From sequence record DRR378314_1069: 64,000 bases of DNA; one strand, given 5' to 3'. Of the stretch, positions 57,838 to 64,000 are shown in pieces. Below the pieces are notes generated by a model, which searched no databases, was not told where the DNA came from, and saw only the letters and a program-made list of their open reading frames with translations. The translations under genes were made by a program, and so were the position numbers. The stretch's first letter is position 1, and the number at the start of each line of letters is the position of its first letter.

Positions 57838-59108
57838 GATGTTTCTTTCTCAGATAATGATTTTTCGATTTCCAAAACCAAATGCCCTAGTAACGCCTCT
57901 CCTGACTTGACGACCTTTACGGCATTCGCAGCCATATCACCTCGTGTTTTCACGCCACTCATCAGCGATGCGACTTGTTTTGTCAATTGATCGCTATCCG
58001 TAACCATAACAGCGCCCTTACTTTGAAGTAAATCCTGGGAAATCTCTTCAAAATTACTCATATCCGGTCCAAATAAAATTGCGCAATCCAAGCGGGCCGG
58101 CTCAAGCGGGTTCTGCCCTCCCTTTTCAACAAGGGAGCCCCCAATGAAAACAATATCCACCAACCGATAAAAAGTACCCAGTTCCCCAATTGTATCGGCA
58201 ATATAAAAATCGGTTGTACTGACAATCGGATCCTTCAGGGAGCGTTGAGCGACCGCAAACCCAGCCTCTTCAAGCTTTCCGCGAATTTCTTTTGCTCTGT
58301 CCGGGTGGCGCGGAACTATTATGGTAAGTAGGGTATCAAATGATGATTTCAACGCCAGGTGACTAGCCGCAACAATGGCTTCTTCCCCTTTATGGGTACT
58401 TGCAGCCAACCAGACTTTTCGATTACCCAATACCTTGTTCAATTCATGATATTTATCTTTTTGGAATGGTAAGGCAGGCGAACAAAATTTAAGGTTACCT
58501 AAAACCTCAACGTCTTTTGCCCCTAAATAGCTTAGGCGATCCGCCGTCAGTTGAGTCTGGGCATGCACATAGCGAAATCTTTTGAGCAGACCTTTAATCA
58601 GTCCACCCGTTTTGCGCCACGTTTTAAAGGAACTGGATGTCATCCGGGCATTCAACAGCAGCATAGGAATTTGGCGGCTGCTCGTTTCGGCAATCAGATT
58701 TGGCCAAATCTCAGACTCCAGCCAGATTGCCACTTGTGGACGCCAATAATCCAGAAACCGTCTGACGGCCTCCTTGGTATCAACCGGCACATATTGATGA
58801 AAGGCACCGGTTGGCAATCTGTCTTCCATCAGCTTTGCAGAGGTCACAGATCCAGTCGTCAACAGAACAGACCGGCTACCGTTTCGGGCGATTAACGCCT
58901 GAATCAGGGGCAATGAGGAGACAGCCTCTCCTACCGAGGCTGCATGTATCCAGATAAGTTCACCACCCGGTCTTGATCGAGATGGCTCCCCAAAACGCTC
59001 ATCAAATCTTTTTGGATCTTCCTTTCCATCTTTCAGTCGCTTTTTCAGATGGCCCTTGATTATCGGGGAGGCAAAGACAAGAAACATATTATAGAGCGCT
59101 AAATACAT
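57834..59108 (-). CDS. waaA: Kdo transferase
   Basis: WIHAASVGE, ESEIWPN, ASTH.GE, PRHPDR and GGQNPLEP motifs. Confidence 0.96.
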   Translation of the reverse strand: MYLALYNMFLVFASPIIKGHLKKRLKDGKEDPKRFDERFGEPSRSRPGGELIWIHAASVGEAVSSLPLIQALIARNGSRSVLLTTGSVTSAKLMEDRLPTGAFHQYVPVDTKEAVRRFLDYWRPQVAIWLESEIWPNLIAETSSRQIPMLLLNARMTSSSFKTWRKTGGLIKGLLKRFRYVHAQTQLTADRLSYLGAKDVEVLGNLKFCSPALPFQKDKYHELNKVLGNRKVWLAASTHKGEEAIVAASHLALKSSFDTLLTIIVPRHPDRAKEIRGKLEEAGFAVAQRSLKDPIVSTTDFYIADTIGELGTFYRLVDIVFIGGSLVEKGGQNPLEPARLDCAILFGPDMSNFEEISQDLLQSKGAVMVTDSDQLTKQVASLMSGVKTRGDMAANAVKVVKSGEALLGHLVLEIEKSLSEKETS

Positions 59109-59109
59109 C

Positions 59110-59826
59110 TTACTTTACCGTGGACTCTTTGGTTTGTGTGCTTGTCGCAGGCTTTACCGGGACCAACCCACAAAGACGATCACTTTCCTGTGTGACAAAA
59201 GTCAACTCCTCTTGGATCTGAATTCTGGCACGTTCAAAACTTCCGTCGATGTCTTTTCGCGGAACGTTAACCGGGTCTCCCCAAACAACCACCCCCCGAC
59301 CAAAGGGCTTGGCCAACGCAAAGCTATCCCAACTGGACAGATGCTTTGTCCGCGTCGTTGAAAAACTGACCGGCAGAACAGGCACACGCGCCATGGCGGC
59401 AAGTCCAACTACACCATCCTGAGCATGCATACGCGGTCCGCGCGGTCCGTCCGGTGTTATCACTGCTATTTCGTTGCGCTTTAAAACCCGCAGCATATCT
59501 TTCAACGCTGGTACGCCCCCTTTTGAAGTTGATCCCCGAATGCTTTTCACACCAAAGCACTGAACAACTTTAGCAATCAACTCTCCATCACCATGCTGGG
59601 AAATCATGACCGTTGTTTTCACATTTGGCGGCACCAGTGGCGCCATTAGAAACAAGCGCCCATGCCAAAATGCCATCACAAACGGCTTACCATCCTTCAT
59701 AAACTGATTTGGCAACTCTCCATTCACTTCCTGCCAGCGGACCGTTTTATGAACCAACCAAATATAGGCAGCCGCCAACCGGGTAACAATCGAAACAACA
59801 ACCTTATTTTTTAGAATTTTCTTCAA
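59110..59826 (-). CDS. DUF374 acyltransferase (LpxJ-like)
   Basis: FWHGR, SQHGDGE, RGSTSKGG, TPDGPRGP and SWD..PF motifs; first gene of the lipid A cluster; TTG start. Confidence 0.82.
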   Translation of the reverse strand: MKKILKNKVVVSIVTRLAAAYIWLVHKTVRWQEVNGELPNQFMKDGKPFVMAFWHGRLFLMAPLVPPNVKTTVMISQHGDGELIAKVVQCFGVKSIRGSTSKGGVPALKDMLRVLKRNEIAVITPDGPRGPRMHAQDGVVGLAAMARVPVLPVSFSTTRTKHLSSWDSFALAKPFGRGVVVWGDPVNVPRKDIDGSFERARIQIQEELTFVTQESDRLCGLVPVKPATSTQTKESTVK

Positions 59827-60014
59827 TGTAGAAATGGACCTATTTCGACTTCAAATTCCTGAACATTCTGGCTCGGATATATCCCGGCTGTTTAATCTCT
59901 GCCAGTTATTTATGTGTTTCTGATCAACATCTCTATTTGTTATATTGCCGCAAGGTAGATAAATCACTAACCTTATCGTACTTTCTTTCCAACTCAATAT
60001 CGTCGGAATGGTAA

Positions 60015-62081
60015 ATGTCTGCTGAGCCAAAACCTGAAATTCGCCCCTCTTCCTGTCCTCATGATTGTCCGTCGACCTGCTCTTTGGAAATTGAAAAACT
60101 GGGGCCACAGACAATAGGCAGAGTCAGAGGCGCCGAAGATAATACATACACGGCAGGCGTCATCTGCGCAAAGGTTGCGCGATATGCAGAACGCACTCAT
60201 CACCCGGACCGCCTCCTGCACCCACTTAAACGGGTCGGTAAAAAGGGTGCAGAACAGTGGGAGCGGATCAGTTGGGACGAAGCGTTGGATACCGTTGCCC
60301 GCAAGTTTCGGGAAGCTGAAGAAAAGCATGGTCCTGAAACCGTATGGCCCTACTATTACGCCGGGACCATGGGCATGGTCCAGCGCGACAGTATTGAGCG
60401 GCTCCGTCATGTGAAAGGGTATTCCGGTCAGGAATCCACAATCTGCGTTAACCTGGCCCGCGCAGGCTGGAAAGCGGGCGTCGGAGTTTATCGCGGTAGC
60501 GATCCCCGGGAAATGGCAAAATCTGATCTTGTGGTGATTTGGGGGACCAATGCCGTTCACACCCAAATCAACGTCATGACCCATGCAACACGGGCCCGAA
60601 AAGATCGGGGGGCGAAAATTGTTGTTATCGACCCGTATCGAAACGCAACGGCCCTTGCAGGTGATGTTCATCTGATGCTGCGCCCCGGGACCGATGGGGC
60701 ACTGGCACTCGCCGTAATGCATATCCTGTTTCGCGATGACATGGCCGATCGGGAGTATCTGGCGAAATACACACGCGATGCAGCAGAGTTCGAAACGCAC
60801 TTGCGGTCCAAGACACCAGAATGGGCTGCAGAGATTACCGGTCTTAGTGTGGCGGAAATAACCGATTTTGCCCATATGATCGGAAACACGCCCCGAACTT
60901 TCCTACGGCTCGGTTATGGGTTTTCCAGAAGCCGCAACGGGGCCGTCAATATGCATGCAGCCTCCTGCATTGCTGCGATCACAGGGGCCTGGAAACATGA
61001 AGGTGGCGGTGCCTTTCACACGAACGGGGCCATCTATCATTGGAACAAGACCCTGATCGAAGGGTTGGATGCCAAAAACACCAAGACCCGGATGCTGGAT
61101 CAATCTCGAATTGGGCCTGTGCTGACTGGCGATCCCACTGACCTTGGGGAGGGACCACCCGTCACAGCACTACTGGTTCAAAACACGAACCCTATGGATG
61201 TGGCGCCTGAACTTGCCAAAGTCCATGCGGGCTTTGCAAGAGAGGATCTGTTCGTCTGTGTCCATGAACAATTCATGACAGAGACTGCAAAAATGGCAGA
61301 TATCGTTTTGCCCGCAACAACCTTTGTTGAGCATGATGACTTTTATCAGGGCGGTGGCCATAGCCATATTTCACTTGGCCTTAAAGTCATTGAGCCGCTG
61401 GGAGAATGCAGATCAAACCATGAGGTTGTCACGGAGCTTGCCAAACGGCTCGGGGCCAATCACGAAGGATTTAACCTGACCTCTCGGGAATTAATTGAAG
61501 GAACTCTAAAAGCATCAGGCTGGCCCGACATAGAAACGATTTCGCAGAAAAACTGGATTGATGTGCAGGTCCCCTTTGACGAGGCCCACTTCCTGAACGG
61601 ATTTGGGCATAGTGACGGGAAATTTCACTTCGCGGCGGACTGGTCGGAAGTCGGACGCAACTTCGAAGGAATGCCAAGTTTTCCCGATCATTGGGATGTT
61701 ATTCAAAAAGCCGATGAAACCCACCCCTACCGAATGGTTACAGCGCCCGCACGGAACTTTCTTAACACGTCTTTTACGGCAACCCCCTCCTCTCTCAAGC
61801 GGGAGAAAAAGCCAACCGTCATGTTACATCCGGACGATGCCAAAACTATTGGTGTTCAAAGCGATGCCATTGTCCGGATGGGAAACAAGCAAGGTTCATT
61901 GCTGATCCATGCCGAGATATTTGACGGTTTGCAGCCGGGAACAGTGGTGGTTGAAGGGATCTGGCCCAATAAATATTTTATCGAAAAAATCGGAATTAAT
62001 CTGCTGGTCGGGGCGGATGCCGCGAAACCAAATGGCGGCGCTGCATTTCATGACACTGCTGTATGGATCAAGCCAGCCTGA
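60015..62081 (+). CDS. Cytoplasmic molybdopterin (bis-MGD) oxidoreductase
   Basis: CPHDCPSTC...CAK 4Fe-4S motif, RISWDEAL and ADIVLPATT; no Tat signal. Confidence 0.9.
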   Translation: MSAEPKPEIRPSSCPHDCPSTCSLEIEKLGPQTIGRVRGAEDNTYTAGVICAKVARYAERTHHPDRLLHPLKRVGKKGAEQWERISWDEALDTVARKFREAEEKHGPETVWPYYYAGTMGMVQRDSIERLRHVKGYSGQESTICVNLARAGWKAGVGVYRGSDPREMAKSDLVVIWGTNAVHTQINVMTHATRARKDRGAKIVVIDPYRNATALAGDVHLMLRPGTDGALALAVMHILFRDDMADREYLAKYTRDAAEFETHLRSKTPEWAAEITGLSVAEITDFAHMIGNTPRTFLRLGYGFSRSRNGAVNMHAASCIAAITGAWKHEGGGAFHTNGAIYHWNKTLIEGLDAKNTKTRMLDQSRIGPVLTGDPTDLGEGPPVTALLVQNTNPMDVAPELAKVHAGFAREDLFVCVHEQFMTETAKMADIVLPATTFVEHDDFYQGGGHSHISLGLKVIEPLGECRSNHEVVTELAKRLGANHEGFNLTSRELIEGTLKASGWPDIETISQKNWIDVQVPFDEAHFLNGFGHSDGKFHFAADWSEVGRNFEGMPSFPDHWDVIQKADETHPYRMVTAPARNFLNTSFTATPSSLKREKKPTVMLHPDDAKTIGVQSDAIVRMGNKQGSLLIHAEIFDGLQPGTVVVEGIWPNKYFIEKIGINLLVGADAAKPNGGAAFHDTAVWIKPA

Positions 62082-62090
62082 GCCGACCAG

Positions 62091-62525
62091 TCAAAGTAGC
62101 CCTAATTCCCGCAGCTCTGCTGCCATTTCAGGAGACAAATCGCCTTCGCTTTCTTCATCGTTGTTGGCCTCGTCAACGATATCGCGAAGGTCCCGAGGGG
62201 CATCATTGGCTTCCAGATAGCGCCACCCCTGATGGGGACCACGAGAAAACAGCTCTGTTTCAACCAGTTCCTTATCCAGAACAAGCCCGCACTTTTCGCC
62301 GTCGGTATCATAGAGCCGCTCCAACTCTACAATCCGTTGTCGAACAGCAATATTCCCTTTGATAATCCAGTATAGAGATCCGCCGTTTAGCAGTTCTTCC
62401 TCTCGCTGCGGCCGCTGTTTTGTGACATGGCAAATGGGACCGGCAATGAGCCGACGCTCCTGAGCACGCTTGAGCTGCTCAATTGTGGTCACTCCCACAC
62501 AAACTTTTAAAAGATGTACTGTCAT
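62091..62525 (-). CDS. DUF1489 family protein
   Basis: HLLK.CVG, GGSLYWIIKG, QGWRYL...AP.D and ELRELGLL motifs. Confidence 0.85.
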   Translation of the reverse strand: MTVHLLKVCVGVTTIEQLKRAQERRLIAGPICHVTKQRPQREEELLNGGSLYWIIKGNIAVRQRIVELERLYDTDGEKCGLVLDKELVETELFSRGPHQGWRYLEANDAPRDLRDIVDEANNDEESEGDLSPEMAAELRELGLL

Positions 62526-62553
62526 AACCGGTAACTAGTCCATATGTTACGTC

Positions 62554-63465
62554 TTAGTCCAGCTTATTTTTCAGGGCATTGGCAACACTGGAGACGGGTG
62601 CACGCCCAAGATAGTCAGAAATGAACCAAGCTGTCTTGATCAATTTCGTCAAATCCAGACCGCTTTCAATGCCCATACCCTCTAACATATAAACAACATC
62701 TTCGGTGGCAACATTACCCGTTGCACCTGGTGCATATGGGCAGCCCCCCAGACCCGCAATTGAGCTATCTATTTTTGTAACACCCACCTGCATGGCAGCG
62801 TGAATATTGGCAAGTGCCTGTCCATATGTATCATGGAAATGAATGCCAATTGCCTCTAACGGAATCGCTTGCGCGACCGCCTCCAACACCTCAACCGTCT
62901 TTTTGGGGGTCCCGACACCAATGGTATCCGCAATTGAAATCTCATAGGCACCCATGTCGTAAAGTTTCTTGGAAACATCTGCGACAGCGGCTGGTGTTAT
63001 CTCTTCGCCGAACGGGCTGCCCAGTGAACAGGAAACACTGGCCTTGAAGGGAATTTTGTCTTTTTTGGCCTCAGACACAACGGGTGCAAATCGCGCCAGA
63101 CTTTCAGCAATGGAACAATTGATATTTCGCTTGTTGAATTCTTCAGATGCGGCTGTGAATATAAGTATCTCATCCGCACCGGAAGCACGGGCCCCTTCAT
63201 AACCGCGGGCATTTGGGGTCAGGACGCTATAAGAAACGTTATCCTGTCGCTTGATACGGCCCATAACATCAGCCGTATCTGCCATTTGCGGCACCCATTT
63301 GGGCGAGACAAAACTTCCAGCCTCAATCGCAGTCGCGCCAGCATCAACAAGTCGCTCGATCAATTCAACCTTGATATCGGTTGGGATCTGGGCTTTTTCG
63401 TTCTGCAGGCCGTCGCGGGCCCCGACTTCAAAAATTCTGGCCGTATTTGGGTAGGTAAAGGACAT
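62554..63465 (-). CDS. liuE: Hydroxymethylglutaryl-CoA lyase
   Basis: EVGARDGLQNE, SFVSPKWVPQMAD, HFHDTYG and GLGGCPYAPGATGN motifs; ATG 63465. Confidence 0.94.
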   Translation of the reverse strand: MSFTYPNTARIFEVGARDGLQNEKAQIPTDIKVELIERLVDAGATAIEAGSFVSPKWVPQMADTADVMGRIKRQDNVSYSVLTPNARGYEGARASGADEILIFTAASEEFNKRNINCSIAESLARFAPVVSEAKKDKIPFKASVSCSLGSPFGEEITPAAVADVSKKLYDMGAYEISIADTIGVGTPKKTVEVLEAVAQAIPLEAIGIHFHDTYGQALANIHAAMQVGVTKIDSSIAGLGGCPYAPGATGNVATEDVVYMLEGMGIESGLDLTKLIKTAWFISDYLGRAPVSSVANALKNKLD

Positions 63466-63469
63466 ATCT

Positions 63470-64000
63470 CTAACCTTCTTCCGCCTCAATTTTAATCAGC
63501 AGGGTACCCTCATCCACCTGATCACCGGTTTCAAAGAAGATTTCTTCCACAGTGCCATCAGCGCCTGCTGAAAGGGTATGCTCCATCTTCATGGCTTCCA
63601 TGACCATCAACGCATCTCCTTTGGCAACAGTCGCGCCTGCCGTGACGTTGACCTGGATGATTTTACCGGGCATTGGCGCCGTAATAGCGCCTGCCCCCCC
63701 TTCATCACCTGAACCATCGAAATCAGTGATGATCCGTTTCACATCAATCTGATTTCCGCCCTGAATGACAATCAAGCGATCCCCGTCAACAACGACAGCC
63801 GCGCGCATGGCATGCCCATTGATAACCGCACGCAAAGATCCATCTTCTTGCAACTCAGCAGTCGCCGTCAGTTCATTTGATCCAACTTTGACGATATACT
63901 GATCTTCGACACAGGAAATAGTGACATTTTGATCTTCATCATCCCGTTCAAATACAAAATCCAAATGCGCGACATCATTAAGGCGCCAGGCTGTAACATC
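63470..64000 (-). CDS. liuD: Biotin-dependent carboxylase alpha subunit, C-terminal part (probably methylcrotonyl-CoA carboxylase; 5' end off the right edge)
   Basis: APMPG...EAMKME biotinyl domain; the frame is open to the window edge; directly upstream of HMG-CoA lyase. Confidence 0.82.
   Translation of the reverse strand, partial: DVTAWRLNDVAHLDFVFERDDEDQNVTISCVEDQYIVKVGSNELTATAELQEDGSLRAVINGHAMRAAVVVDGDRLIVIQGGNQIDVKRIITDFDGSGDEGGAGAITAPMPGKIIQVNVTAGATVAKGDALMVMEAMKMEHTLSAGADGTVEEIFFETGDQVDEGTLLIKIEAEEG

Noticed and set aside
59994..60875. 293-aa minus-strand ORF
   Set aside because: It is an antisense shadow of the well-supported molybdopterin oxidoreductase and has no recognisable motifs.
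1..64000. CRISPR arrays, tRNA/rRNA genes, IS elements, integrases, prophage or defence islands
   Set aside because: I saw no regularly spaced repeats, tRNA cloverleafs, transposase, integrase or phage motifs, or compositionally foreign segments.

Overview
This is a gene-dense core-chromosome segment of an alphaproteobacterium, judged from divK-pleD, mipZ, an EipB-like gene, phasin-clpS-clpA and gatCAB-ruvX-pyrB synteny. It holds about 63 CDS, two of them cut by the window edges. I found no rRNA, tRNA, CRISPR array, IS, integrase or prophage. Gene content: gatBAC; ruvX-pyrB-pyrC'-plsY-dprA-topA-rnr; tandem NUDIX genes; rpmG; pleD/divK; dinB; an M48-peptidase/YjgN pair; a diguanylate cyclase and a class III adenylate cyclase; a ferritin-like diiron protein; clpA/clpS; a phasin; a D,D-carboxypeptidase; a BigR/SqrR-type sulfur module (SulP plus two YeeE/YedE); psuG; a VWA plus Pam18-like J-protein pair; galU-ugd-pgm; mipZ; leucine dehydrogenase; a lipid A cluster; a molybdopterin oxidoreductase; and the end of a liu operon. 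No obviously foreign island is present. The most interesting signals are regulatory or concern uncharacterised core genes: (1) a near-perfect LiuR box before an uncharacterised diiron enzyme; (2) tandem NrdR-like boxes over a putative mipZ promoter within a 720-bp gene-free gap; (3) a sigma54/ftr/IHF flagellar-type promoter before a diguanylate cyclase; (4) a response regulator that can only be complete if it starts at ATT or ATA; (5) a likely pseudo-enzyme PyrC'; (6) leaderless dprA and arsR transcripts; (7) the VWA/J-domain and DUF482/ClpS-ClpA associations. All family and motif calls were made by eye; no searches were run.
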